Of a stretch of 64,000 nt of DNA, positions 1 to 11,839 are shown piece by piece (position 1 is the first letter of the stretch; each line of letters starts with the position of its first letter). The notes under the pieces are model-generated. The model did not search any database, was not told the origin of the DNA, and saw only the letters and a program-made list of their open reading frames with translations. The stretch comes from Mobula hypostoma (Eukaryota), in NCBI RefSeq assembly GCF_963921235.1, contig NC_086108.1:11160001-11224000 (forward strand). Direction: 5' to 3'. Both the position numbers and the translations under genes were made by a program.

Positions 1-1149
1 ACGGCAGACGATCTCTCCCGATTGCCCACCTTGTGCAATCCAGAAGAGGTGGTGGGGGGAGGGTGTGATATGACAGACCAGGTAGGCAATGCTAATTCTC
101 CCTCTAACCTTGCCCCTTTACCTGGTTAGTCACTCCTTCTCATTCTGTCCCTGGTCCAGTTTCCCCAGTAGGTCACACACTTTGCCTTCCCATTCTGCAG
201 TTCTTGGGAGTTCACTATTTACACACCCCAACAGTAAAACAATCGCTAGCTTAGCTAATCAAAACAATCCCTTCTGTTAACATGCTCTACTGGTTTATAA
301 TTCATAAAAATAATGATTCTAGACACAGGCATTCCAAACAGTTTCATCTATTTTCACTCACACAGTGTCATCAGTTTGTAGACTGCAGAACAGCCCCAGA
401 AGTCCCAAGGGACAGTTTGGGTGTCCTAAACTAATGCCTGTGTTGGTGGGAGCAGGTGCACTACTCCCTATGTGGGCAGATTTAAACCCTCAGTTTGGCT
501 TTGCTGAGGAGTGTGGAGGCTGGGTTTGATGGTTGGTGAGTAGTTTTTTGGAAAGTTAACGATAAAGCGTGTCCTGGAAAAATCCTCTGTACATTTGTAA
601 ATGTTTGCTTTCATTTGTCTATTTATAAATATCCTTTTTCTTCACAACTTCTGGCTAGCTTTTGCTTTTTTCCACTTGGGGCTAAATAAGGCGTGACAGA
701 CCACGTCACTATTAGTGTTAGTATCTCTGATGATGATGAAGTCCCCGTCACTGTCCCTGACGTTAACGATGTCTGTGTTAGTGTGTCTGATGATGACAAA
801 AGCCCCATCACTGACAACTACCTGTGAGTGTGCTCTGAGACTGTGGTTGGTCTCTGAAGGAATTTGCAGAATGGGGATTTCAGGGAGGAATTTCATTCAT
901 GTTTACAGAACTTGTTAATAACCCGTTATGAATCACATTAAATGTTAACTAACTTCACGCAGCAGAGAGAATGGATTTATTAGAATATTGAACCACTGCC
1001 TCTTAGAGGCAAACAGATTAATTATCCCCAATCAAGTTTCTAATAATGGTAACTTCACAAAAATATGCATTTGCCAGGACTTTTGGCAAAAGGTCACGTG
1101 CTCTGGTGATGGCCTGGAATGGAAACACCGATCCCCATGTTTAGAAATA

Positions 1150-1605
1150 GAAAGTGTGTATTCAGCCCAGTCCATCATATGTAAAGACATCCCACCACTG
1201 AGCACATCTACAACGAGTGTCACCACAAGAAAGCAGGGACCCCACCACCCAGAAGGTACAGGAGCCTCAGGACTCTCACCACTAGGTTCAGGAGCAGTTA
1301 CTACCCCACAACTATCAGGCTCCTGAACAAAAGGTGCTACCTACACTCATCTATTGAGATGATCCCACAACTAGTGATCTCACTTTAAGGACTCTTTATC
1401 TCATTATCTCATGTTCTCATTATTTATTGCTGTTTATTTATATTTGTATTTGCATAGTTTGTTGTCTTCTGAACTCTGGTTAATTTTTCATAGATTTTGT
1501 TGTATTTCTTCATTCTACTGTGAATGCCTGTAAGAAAATGGATCTCAGGGTAGTATATGGTGTAATTCGTACCTTTTTTAATAAAGGTACCATTGCACTT
1601 TGAAC
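1150..1605 (+). mobile_element. Rex1/Babar-type LINE 3' end fragment
   Basis: Same 'aggtacaggagcctcaggact...accaggttcagg..cagttactacccc' ORF-end block and AT-rich 3'UTR as other copies in the window (8.5-9 kb, 45.7-46.3 kb). Confidence 0.75.
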
Positions 1606-1899
1606 CTCGAAGTTTGTTCCCTCAGCCACTCATACACATCTGCATCTCTCTATTATCCGAGCTTTATCCTGTAGGGTCTTCCAGTGGTGAGATTCATTAA
1701 TGAAGAGGTGGGGCAGAGGTTCCTCATGGCCTGGACGGTTGGAAGTCAAGTTCCCTTTCATGGTCAGAGGATGCTCAGCTGGGATCACTGAATGAATTGT
1801 GCGGTGGCTGCAAGAATGAAGTTTGTGATTGTGACTGTTGGTGGGCTGCCTCTGAATGTGGAGCTGTTGCAGATGGATCCCGAAGATATCTAAATGATA

Positions 1900-2135
1900 A
1901 ACATGAGAAAGTCTGCAGATGCTGGAAATCCAAAGCAACACACACCAAATGCTAGAGGAAATCAGCAGGTCAGGTAATATCTGTGGAAATGAGTAAACAG
2001 TTGACGTTTCGGGCCAAGATCCTTCTTCAGGACTGAAAAGAAAGGGGAAATCAAAAGATGGGTGGAGTGGAAAAAGGCTAGCAAGAAGGTGAAAGATAAA
2101 ACCAGGCCATTTGGAAAGGTCAAGAGCTGGAGAAG
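1900..2135 (-). mobile_element. Penelope-like element terminal repeat (pLTR) fragment, family A
   Basis: Reverse complement of the 'cctgctgagttcctccagcattttgtgtgtgttgc..tttccagcatctgcag' block that follows the GIY-YIG region at 9.8-10.5 kb. Confidence 0.75.
1998..2035 (-). ncRNA. Minimal type-I hammerhead ribozyme motif (PLE family A)
   Basis: Minus strand reads CAGTC-CTGAAGA-AGGATCTTGGCCC-GAAAC-GTC-AACTG: CUGANGA and GAAA core boxes, stem II, NUH=GUC, stem I CAGT/ACTG. Confidence 0.65.
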
Positions 2136-2540
2136 AATGAATCAGCATAGAAGGTTGAGGGGGGACTTGATAGAGGTATTTAAAATTATGAGGGAGATAG
2201 ATAGAGTTGACGTGGATAGGCTTTTTCCATTGAGGGTGGGGAAGATTCAAAAAAGAGGACATGAGTTGAGAGTTAAAGGGCAAAAGTTTAGGGGTAACAT
2301 GAGGGGGAACTTCTTTACTCAGAGAGTGGTAGCTGTGTGGAACGAGCTTTCAGAGAAATGGTTGAGGCAGGTTCGATGTTGTCATTTAAAGTTAAATTGG
2401 ACAGCTATATGGACAGGAAAGGAATGAAGGGTTATGGGCTGAGTGCAGATCGGTGGGACTAGGTGAGAGTAAGAGTTCTGCACAGACTAGAAGGGCCGAG
2501 ATGGCCTGTTTCCGTGCTGTAATTGTTATATGGTTATATG
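2135..2540 (+). mobile_element. CR1 LINE 3' end, inserted into the PLE fragment
   Basis: ORF 2062-2427 RRLRGDLIEVFKIM...RGNFFTQRVVAVWNEL is the CR1 ORF2 C-terminus; tandem 'tatggtta' tail. Confidence 0.9.
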
Positions 2541-3749
2541 ATAGTGGATCATAGGAGAGAGGGAAGGAGGAAGGGACCAGCAGGAAGTTTCCAGAGGATG
2601 ACTTCTCCCAGCTCATCAGTGAAGCAGTTAAATTCTTCCTCTTCTAATGTCCCAATTTTCCTTTTCAGAGTGGCTGGGGTCCTGTCAGGGTCTTTGATCT
2701 ACAGTGGCACTCAAACCGCGGTTCTGCGTGGCGACATGTTCCCATTCTTGGATCCCGCTGATTGGCTGCGTTTCAACATGTCCAGGTTCGGCCTGAAGTC
2801 CGGCACCTTTGAGTGTGCAGCTTTGCGAGGCCTTGTGGACACTATCTTTTTCTGATATCGCAAACTGAAGCGTAGCACTTACCAATACATCACAGATAGC
2901 GAGGGCGGCTGTCAGAGGTCTCTGTATTCGACGATTCATCACTCTCTCTCTCTTTCTCGGTGGTGATTCAAAAAGCTACACTTCAAAGTGACTGTAACAT
3001 TAAAATAGCAACCTAGAATCATTTTGTGGACACAGGGCAAAAGTGTGACATCTCTTGGGACAGGTGGGATGGGATTCCTCTCTCAGCTGTCCTCTCGGTC
3101 ACTGGAAGTATTCCTCCTTGCTGCTTCAGGACCAGGTGATGTGACCACATGGACAGTGCAGATAATCCAGAACAGACAGGGATCAGGTGCTCTCTGGAGG
3201 TTGAACATAAGCATTGTTGGGGGGCAATTTGTTCTGTGTAAGAATTCCAGCACACTCTGGCAGAAAAGGTCACTTCAGGTACCCTTCCTCTGTGACGCAG
3301 AACAAGGAGATTGTGTCCCCCACACAACTCATGTCACTGAGAGAGAATGACATCTCCTCAAACCTCACTGGTTTGTTACTGTCTTTACATAGTGGGATCC
3401 AGCAGGATTGTGGACCTGCTTTGTTGAACTTCCCTTATCCACTCCCTCTGAGTTAATCCCTCTTCACAGTGCCTGGACAAAAGACAGATATTCCGAAGGT
3501 GTTGTCTACTTGTGTGGTCATGGAGGGTGAATCTGCTGGATTGAAAACAAGCATCTGGGAGCTTGAAATTTAAATGTTACAGACTTGTGCACAATGTTTA
3601 TATGTTCAGATTCAGAACGAGTAAAGATCAATTCAAACTGATTAAGATTCAAGGTTTAAGATTCCAGATTGTTTACTGTCGTTTCCAGTACAGAAGTTTA
3701 AAGGAGAACAAAATAATTGTTACTCTGGATCCAATACCACACAAAAAGA

Positions 3750-3995
3750 AAGGCTGGGTAGGACTACAACCAGAGGTCATGGGTTAAGGATGAAAGGTGA
3801 AAAGTTTAAGGGGAACACGAGGGGAAACTTCTTCACTCAGAAGGTGATGAGAGTGTGGAACGAGCTGCCAGTGCAAGTGGTGCATGCAAGCTCGATTTCA
3901 ACATTTAAGCAAAGTTTGGATAGGTACATGGATGGTAGGGGTATGGAGGGTGATGGGCCTGCTTCTGTGCTGTACTTTTCTATAGCTCTCTGACA
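3750..3995 (+). mobile_element. CR1 LINE 3' fragment
   Basis: KGEKFKGNTRGNFFTQKVMRVWNELP motif. Confidence 0.85.
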
Positions 3996-4979
3996 ATAAG
4001 ATAATGGACATATTATTAATAAAAACACAATAAATGTAAATACATTAGATAGCTTAAATACGTAGACCGCTTCGTAAGTGACGCCAGACACGGGAGTACA
4101 TACATACGGTGACTCTGACAGGAAGTAGTTGTGGTTCGGGGTGTGGAGGGGTGGGTTAATAGCTGGAGGTGTTGATCAGCCTTACTGCTTGGGGAAAGGA
4201 ACTGTTTTTGAGTCTGGATAACTCCAATCAACTGCACGTGCCTCATTATTGAAATGTTTCCACAACCACCGGACTTACTTTCGACTGTTCATCTCATATT
4301 CTCGATATTTACTGCTTATTTGTTTATTGTTCATTTTTCTTCTTTTTGTATTTGCACAGTTTGTTGTCTTCTGCACTCTGGTTGATCATTCATTGATCCT
4401 GTTATAGTTACTATTCTATAGATTTATTGAGTATGCCCAGAAGAAAATGAACCTCAGTGTTGTATATAGTGACCTATATGTTGATGGCCTCCTCCCTGAT
4501 GGGAGTGGGACAAACCAAGAACTTGTAATGGCAGTGACACTATCAATAAAAATTTTTATTTCCAGAGCACCTGTCTAATTTTTTCATGTAACGTTCTCCC
4601 TCACCACGATCTCGTCAGCAGGTCATTGTCTGGTCTCTCAGGGATTAGATTGCAAAGCTTTTCTTACACATCCCAACACGACGCATTGTTCTATTGCTTA
4701 TGTCACATTCTCTCTTTCCTGAGTTTGATCACATGTACACACTGGACAAACACCCATTTTAGTCTCCAGGATTATTGGTAAAATGCTGTTGTGAGTGACC
4801 TTTACTTACATTACACTGTGATCTCAACCCAATCACAGCTTGTAGTTATTAATAATTGATTAAGATTCCTTGTTACAAAATTGACATTTCATGGAAGTAG
4901 TTTGAAGGTTGGTACTTGTAGCTATTGATCACTCTGTGTTGGCAATATAGATCTGACTATATTAACTATGTGCAACTGA

Positions 4980-5570
4980 TTCATCATCATCATTCTGTGC
5001 CGTGTCCTATGACGTGGGCGATCATGGTCTTTCCATGACCTTGATTGTTCTTGGTAAATATTTCTACAGAGGTGGTTTGCCGTTGCATTCTGGGCAGTGT
5101 CTCTGCCCCAGAAGGCCGTGGAGGCCAAGTCTCTGGATGCTTTCAAGAAAGAGATGGATAGAGCTCTTAAAGATAGCGGAATCAAAGGTTATGGGGATAA
5201 GGCAGGAACTGGATACTGATTGTGGATGATCAGCCATGATCACAGTGAATAGCGGTGCTGGCTCGAAGGGCTGAATGGCCGACTCCTGCACCTATTGTCT
5301 AGTGTCTATAAGATGGGTGACCCCAGCCATTATCAATACTCTTCAGAGACTGTCTGCCTGGCATCAGGGGTCACATAACCAGAACTTGTGATATGCACCA
5401 GCTGGTCATACAATCATCCACCGCTTGCACCCATCGCTTCATGTGACCATGACCGGGGGTGGTGGGGCAGGGGGATAAGTAGATGCTACACCTTGTCCAA
5501 AGGTGACCTGAGGGCTAGTGGAAGGAAAGAGTGCCTTACACCTCCTTTGGTAGAGATGTATCTCCACGCA
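4980..5570 (-). mobile_element. RTE-tailed non-autonomous element (SINE-like), interrupted by a CR1 3' end at ~5104-5308
   Basis: (ATG)n tail on the minus strand and an RTE/BovB-like 'aatgcaacggcaaaccacc' 3' block; an uninterrupted sister copy lies at 14600-14960. Confidence 0.65.
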
Positions 5571-5874
5571 CCAGAACTGATTTGGTTTGCTTACTCCTTC
5601 CCTAACAGAGGAGACCTCCAAAGAGCCAACACATATTCAATGGACCTACTGCCCTGCTCTGTCAGACATTCTCTGATTACTCCATCTTGTCCCACTGACC
5701 ATGTCAACACAACTTAGGATCAGGTCTTTCCCTACAACAACAAGCAGACTGCAGGAGGAATTCAACAGGTTGGGCAAGAATTTGTGGAGGGAAATGGACA
5801 GTCATAGAATCATAGAAAAGTACAGCATAGAAACAAGCCCTTTCACTCATCTAGTCCATGCTAAGCCATTTCAT

Positions 5875-7225
5875 TTCATTTTTAAATCTTTTTATTAATT
5901 ATTATTGAAAATTGATAACAAAAAATACATTAAAATAATCAAGTCGATATATCAATATGTATAATAAGAGTCAAACTATTAACCAAGCAAAACAGTATAT
6001 CAATAATAAAATTTTTAAAAAATGAAATGTTAAGGCTATTTTTTAAAAAAAAGAAAGAAAGAAAAAAGAACCCCTACTAACTAAAACAAAAAAAACCCCA
6101 GCTAACAAACAAAAAAAAAAGAGAAAAAAAACCCATTTGGAACACAAACCCAGAGCTATATGCCATACAAGCTTCTATTAAAAAAAAGACATCAATCCAC
6201 CAACTAAATCTGTTTACCCAAGAATCAGAAGGGAACCATCTTAATTAACTCAAATCAAATGATAGTAGCAGGCAAAAGAGCCCCACCTTTTCTCAAAGTC
6301 AAATCGAGGATCAAAAGTTTGACTTCTGACTTTTTCCAAACTAAGACATAACATCACCTGAGAGAACTATTGTATCAAAGTGGGAGCAGAGGCATCTTTC
6401 CATTTTAATAAAACAGCCCTTCTAGCCAACAATGTAACAAATGCAATTACATATTGGTCTGATATAAAAATACCATGAATATATTGAGGAATTATACCAA
6501 ACAAAACTGTCAATTTATTAGGTTGTAAATTAATTTTTAAAGCTTTAGAAATTGTAGAAAAAATAGATTTCCAAAACTGTTTCAGTACAGAACACGACCA
6601 AAATATGTGTCAATGTAGCTATCTCAGTTTTACATCTATCACACTGACTATTAATGTTAGGAAATATTTTAGACAGTCTCTCCTTTGTCAAATAATAACA
6701 ATGTACAATTTTAAATTGAATCAAAGAATGACTGGTGCAAATCGAAGAAGGGTTAACCAACTTCAAAATTCAAAACCAATCCTCTGTTATCAAGATCATG
6801 TTAAGCTCTCTTTCCCAATCTTGCTTAATCTTAAATAGACGATAATAATCCTGTTGTAATAGTAAATGATAAATTTTTCCAATAAAACCTTTCACTAAAG
6901 GGTTGATTTTTAAAATAGTGTCTAACAGGTCAGAATCTTGTATATATAGAAAACTACTTAAATATTCTTGTAAAAGATGTCTGTCCTGAAGATATTGCAA
7001 AAAGTGTGAGTATTTAGTTACTAATTTCTCAAAGGACATCAATAGGCCTACTTGAAACAAATCCATAAAGGAATAAATTCCTTTATTCCTCCAAAGAGAA
7101 AAGGTAGGATCACTAAGTGAAGGTTTAAATAAATGTTTCAATAAATTAAACTAAGAAGGTTAAATTTTTTAAGATTAAAAAACTTGGGAAACTTGTACCA
7201 AATTCATAATGACTGCACTAAATCA
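5875..7225 (-). mobile_element. L1-clade LINE, 5'-truncated ORF2 C-terminus and A-rich 3' end
   Basis: ORFs 6770-7141 (FSLWRNKGIYSFMDLF...HFLQYLQ) and 6545-6766 (KIVH..YLTKERLSKIFP...CDRCK..ATLTH, CCHC knuckle) are typical of fish-type L1 ORF2; AATAAA/A-rich end near 5880. Confidence 0.85.
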
Positions 7226-7830
7226 TTTAAACTGCCTACTCCCATTGACCTGCTCCAGGACCATAGCCCTCCACACCCCTACCATCCATGTACCTATCCA
7301 AACTTGTGTTAAATATTGAAGTTGAGTTCGTGTGCACCAGCTCATTCTGCTCATATTCTCCTAAAACTTCCCACCTTTCACCCTTAACGCATGACCTCTG
7401 GTTGTAGTCCCACCCAACCTCAGTAGAAAAAGCCTGCTTGCAGTTACCCTGTCTATACCACTCATAATCTTATATATCAAATCTTCCCTCAATCTTCTAC
7501 ATTCTAAGGAATACAGTCCTGACCTATGCAATCTTTCCTTATAAATCAGGTCCTCCAGGCCCAACAACATCCTTGTAAATTTTCCTGTACTATTTCAGTG
7601 GGCCAGCTGGTCCTAAGTTCAAACTCAGTTGGGTTCCGACCTGGACACGAGCAATATCTGCATGGAAAAAAGGCCTGGCAATCTACTTCCGTTTCTTGCC
7701 ATGAAAACCCTATGGACCCTATGGTCCATGAAGTCACAAAGAGTCGACACAATTCTTTCACCCTATTTACATCTTTCTTATAGGTGGGTGACCATATCTG
7801 CACACAATGCTCCTAATTATATATCCAGTC
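7222..7830 (-). mobile_element. CR1 LINE 3' fragment containing a short plus-strand RTE/BovB-tailed insertion (~7598-7750)
   Basis: GLYSLECRRLREDL CR1 motif; the insert ends 'atggtccatgaagtcacaaagagtcgacac', resembling the RTE-BovB 3' terminus. Confidence 0.75.
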
Positions 7831-8449
7831 CCTTACAATACCTTCCAATACTTTCTCACTACTGATGTCAGACTCACTGTCCTATATTTGATTTGACTAA
7901 TGATTGCAAGCTTTTGGGAGAAGGAATGCTCTTGATGTGAACAAGAACCTGGGTGTGAACCTGGTTGTGATTCATCAGCCATTTGATGGGGAAGAGTTAT
8001 GCATGACCTGGCATAATGTTCCCCTGTGTGGCTTCCGAACTCCATTTCAGAATGTAATTGTGAGTTTAACTGCTGCCTCACTCCACTTTAACACTTGGTT
8101 GCATATGACAAAGGAACTGAGAGCTCCATAAACTACTGAGTGTGGGCTTTTTTTTTGTCAATAAACTGTTATTGTTGGAGAGACACAGGCCTGTGAAACA
8201 ATGTAGAATGAATCATCTTTTTAGCAGTGGAGGACGTTTAATGTGTCTCTGATAGCAGTTCCAGCTCAGCAGCAAGGGTGATAAATTGGGCCTTGCTTTC
8301 TCATTCTCAATCGTCCTAATATACTTTATAGAGCTTGTAGGATACCACAGCTGCTGCAGACATTGTGGCAGACAGACAGTTCCTCACCAGCACACTACCC
8401 GATTCAGAGCAAAGCGCACACTTTGTAATGACACTTTGAAAGATTTGTC

Positions 8450-9060
8450 CAAGGCCAGCACGTAAATGCAATTACAAAGAAAGCATGACAGCACCTCGAC
8501 TTCCTGAGGAGTCTGCAGATATTCGGCATGACATTTAAAACTTCAAGAAACTTCTATAGATGTGTAGTGGAGACTGTATCGACTGGCTGCATCACAACCT
8601 GGTATGGAAACAGTAATGCCCTCGAATGGAAAATTCTACTAAAAGTAGTGGATATGAACCTGCCCATCGCGGATAAAACCCTCCTAACACTTGAGCAGAA
8701 CTACATGAAACACCATTGCAGGAAAGCAGCATCCATCATCAGGGACCTCCACCACCCAGGACATGCCCTCTTCTTACTGCTATTATCAAGAAGAAAGTAC
8801 AGGAGCCTCAGGACTCACATGCCCAGGTTCAGGAATGGTTATTACCCCTCAACCATCAGGCTCTTGAACAAAAGGACTCAACTTCACTTGCCCCATCACT
8901 GAAATGTTCCCACAACCAATGGACTCACTTTCAATGACTTTTCATGTCATATTCTCGCAAATTATTGCTTATGTATTTATTATTATTGTTTCTTTCTTTT
9001 GTATTTGCACTGTTTGTTGCCTTCTGCACTCTGGTCAAATGCCAAAATTGGGCAACGTTC
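8450..9060 (+). mobile_element. Rex1/Babar LINE 3' fragment
   Basis: ORF 8528-8902 NFYRCVVE...CITTWYGN...HPGHALF.LL.S.RKYRSLRTH..RFRNGYYP. Confidence 0.85.
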
Positions 9061-9519
9061 GTAAAATTCGTAGTTTTGCAGCAACAGAATGGTGCAAGAT
9101 ATAAAAAATGATTTCAATGCTTAAGAGAAAGTTGGATATGTACACGGGTGGGAGGGGGTATGGGGGGCTATGGTCCGGGTGCAGGTCGACGGGAGCAGGC
9201 AGAATAATAGTTTGGCTTCGACTAGATGGGCCAAAGGGCCTCTCTCTCTCTGTTCTGCAGCTCTCGAAAACTGTATGGCTCTACTGTAGGTTACACAACT
9301 AAATAAATGCTGTCGGTGACACGAGCCTCGTGTCAGTAACGGTGATTCTGAAACCATCAGCTTGTTGGAGAAACCCAAGAGGCTCTCTGATGTCCCCGGA
9401 GTAGGGACTCTGCTGTCCTTATCACCCTGTCTTCTATTCGACTTCCGACTCATAGATCATTACCCGTGTCTGACTGTAGTCAGGAAATAGTCCCTCCCTC
9501 TGCCCTCACCGACATCTCC

Positions 9520-10475
9520 TCCATTTCCTGAACATTCACCTCACCCCATCTTCCTGCCACCTTAACAGTGATAGAGTTCCTCTTGTCCTTACCTACCACC
9601 CGCTCGGCCTCCACAACCAAAGCATTATCCTCCGCAGCCTCTGCCATCTCCAAAGGGAAGGTACAATCAAACAGATACTTAACTCTCCCATCTCTTTATT
9701 TTCCACAGGGATCGCTCCCTTCTTGATCCCCTCTTACATTCATCTTTCCCCATTAACCTCTCCCCTGGCACTTATCCCTCCAACTGGCCAAAGTGCTACA
9801 CCTGCCCATTCACCTCCATTCAGAGCCCCAAACAGTCCTTCCAGGTGAGGCAACCCTTCACTAGCAAACCTACTGGGGTCATCGATTGTGTCCGGCGCTT
9901 TCGATGCAGTCTCTACATCGGTGAGACCCATCGACAACTGGGGGCACCACTTCGTCAGGCATCTCCACTCCATCCGCTACAAGTAGGACTTTCCGGTTGC
10001 CAAATTCTGATTCCCACTCCTGTTCCAGCATGTGGGCCCATGGCTTCCTTTTGCCCCAAGATGAGGTGACCCTTAGGGAGGAGGAGAAAAACCTATATTC
10101 CGTCTGGGTAGCCTCCAAACTGATGGTATGAATTTCAATTTCTCCTTCCAGTAAACTAATTTACCCCCTTCCCCACCTCTTTCTCTGTTCCTCACTCTGA
10201 CCTTTTACCTCTTCTTACCTGCCTATCACCTCCTCCTTCCCTTTCTTCCCTTCCACTCTCCTATCCTATCAGATTCCTCCTTATCCAGCTCTTGACCTTT
10301 CCCACCCACCCGTCTTGACCTATCACCTTCTAGCTCTCCTCCTTCCCCTCCTCCTGACTTTTTATTCTGGCATTTACTCCCTTCCTTCTCATTTCTGAAG
10401 AAGGGTCTTGGCCCGAAGTCCTTCATTCATTTCCATAGGTGCTGAGTTCCTCCAGCATTTTGTGTGTGTTGCTTG
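9520..10475 (+). mobile_element. Penelope-like retroelement: GIY-YIG endonuclease remnant plus pLTR
   Basis: ORF 9845 RQPFT..TGVIDCVRRFRC.LYIGETHRQLG (VIY...C..YIGET GIY-YIG signature), then a pyrimidine-rich tract and pLTR with a degenerate hammerhead core at ~10395-10418. Confidence 0.8.
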
Positions 10476-10899
10476 GGTGATGGGTCAGCTGATCTCATTT
10501 CGGGGTGGTAGATTTCGTGGGTTAAAAGTAGACAACGAGTCGGCCAGGATGTCTGGTACTGGGACATTGGTGAGGCAGTGAGATGGGAGTCTTCGTCAGG
10601 TTTGCCTTAGCCGCACGGTTATCAGCAGTCTCAGGGTCTGACTGAGCACACAGGAAGGCTGACACACCAGTGTCCTTGAAGCTACATCTTCTTGTTAGAC
10701 AGCAGAAAATTAGATTGAAGAGGAGGAGGGGCCATTAGTCATGAGGAAAGAGCACCTTCAAATTGTTAAAATATTTAATGGGCTCTGCTATTAGCTAACA
10801 CACAAGGAGAGGACAATAACTCTGTCACCCAGCTAACTGGATTGAGAGAAGCAGCCAGCATCAAGGATGTGACAGAAACTGGAAGCTCCATTGTCTTTG

Positions 10900-11830
10900 C
10901 TCAATGTGGCTAACTGGATCAGCAAATTTGCAGATTGCACCAAGATTGGGGATGTAGTGGACAGTGTGGAAGACTATCAGAGCTTGCAGCAGGATCTGGA
11001 CCAGCTGGAAAGATGGGCTGAAAAGGGCAGGTGGAATTTAATGCAGACAAGTGTGAGACGTTGCAGTTGGTAAGACCAACCAGGATAGATCTTACACAGT
11101 GAATGGTAGGGGACTGAGGAGTGTGATAGAACAGAGGAATCTGGAAATACAGGTCCATAAGCCATTGAAAGTGTTGCCACAGGTAGATGGTGTTGTAAAG
11201 AAATCTTTTTGCACATTGACCTTCACAGATTATTGTATTGTGTACAGGAGATGGGATGTTATGTTGAAGTTGTGTAAAATATTGGTGAGGACTAATTTGG
11301 AGTGCTGTGTGCAGTTTTGGTCATCTACCTACAGGAAAGATATAAATAAAGTTGAAAGAGTACAGAGAAAATTTATAAGAATGTTGCCAGGTCTGGAAAA
11401 ATGGTGTCATATGGTAGGACTTTATTCCTTGGAATGTAGATGATTGAGGGGAGATTTGATAGAGGTATACAAAATTATGAGGGGTATAGACAGAGTAAAT
11501 GCAAGCTGGTTTTTTCTACTGAGGTTGGGTGAGACTACAACTGGAGGTCATGGGTTAAGGGTGAAAGGTGAAAAGTTTAAGGGGAACATAAGGGAAACTT
11601 TTTCACTCAGAGGGTGGTGAGAGTGTGGAATGAGCTGCCAGCACAAGTGGTGCTTGTGTGCTTGATTTCAACGTTCAAGAGAGGTTTGGATAGGTACATG
11701 GATTGTAGGGGTATGGAGGGTATGGTCCTGGTGCAGGTCAATGGGAGTAGACAGTTTACATGGTTCAGCGCTGAATAGATGGGCTGAAGGCCTGTTTCTG
11801 TACTGTACTTTTCTATGACTCTATGACTCT
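10900..11830 (+). mobile_element. CR1 LINE, RT C-terminal part to 3' tail
   Basis: ISKFADCTKIG...LQQDLDQL..WAEK; LVRTNLECCVQFWS; (CTATGACT)n tail. Confidence 0.9.
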
Positions 11831-11839
11831 AAGAATAAA

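Noticed and set aside
1630..2283. 217-aa minus-strand ORF
   Set aside because: Runs across antisense CR1, a PLE pLTR and unique DNA; chimeric by chance.
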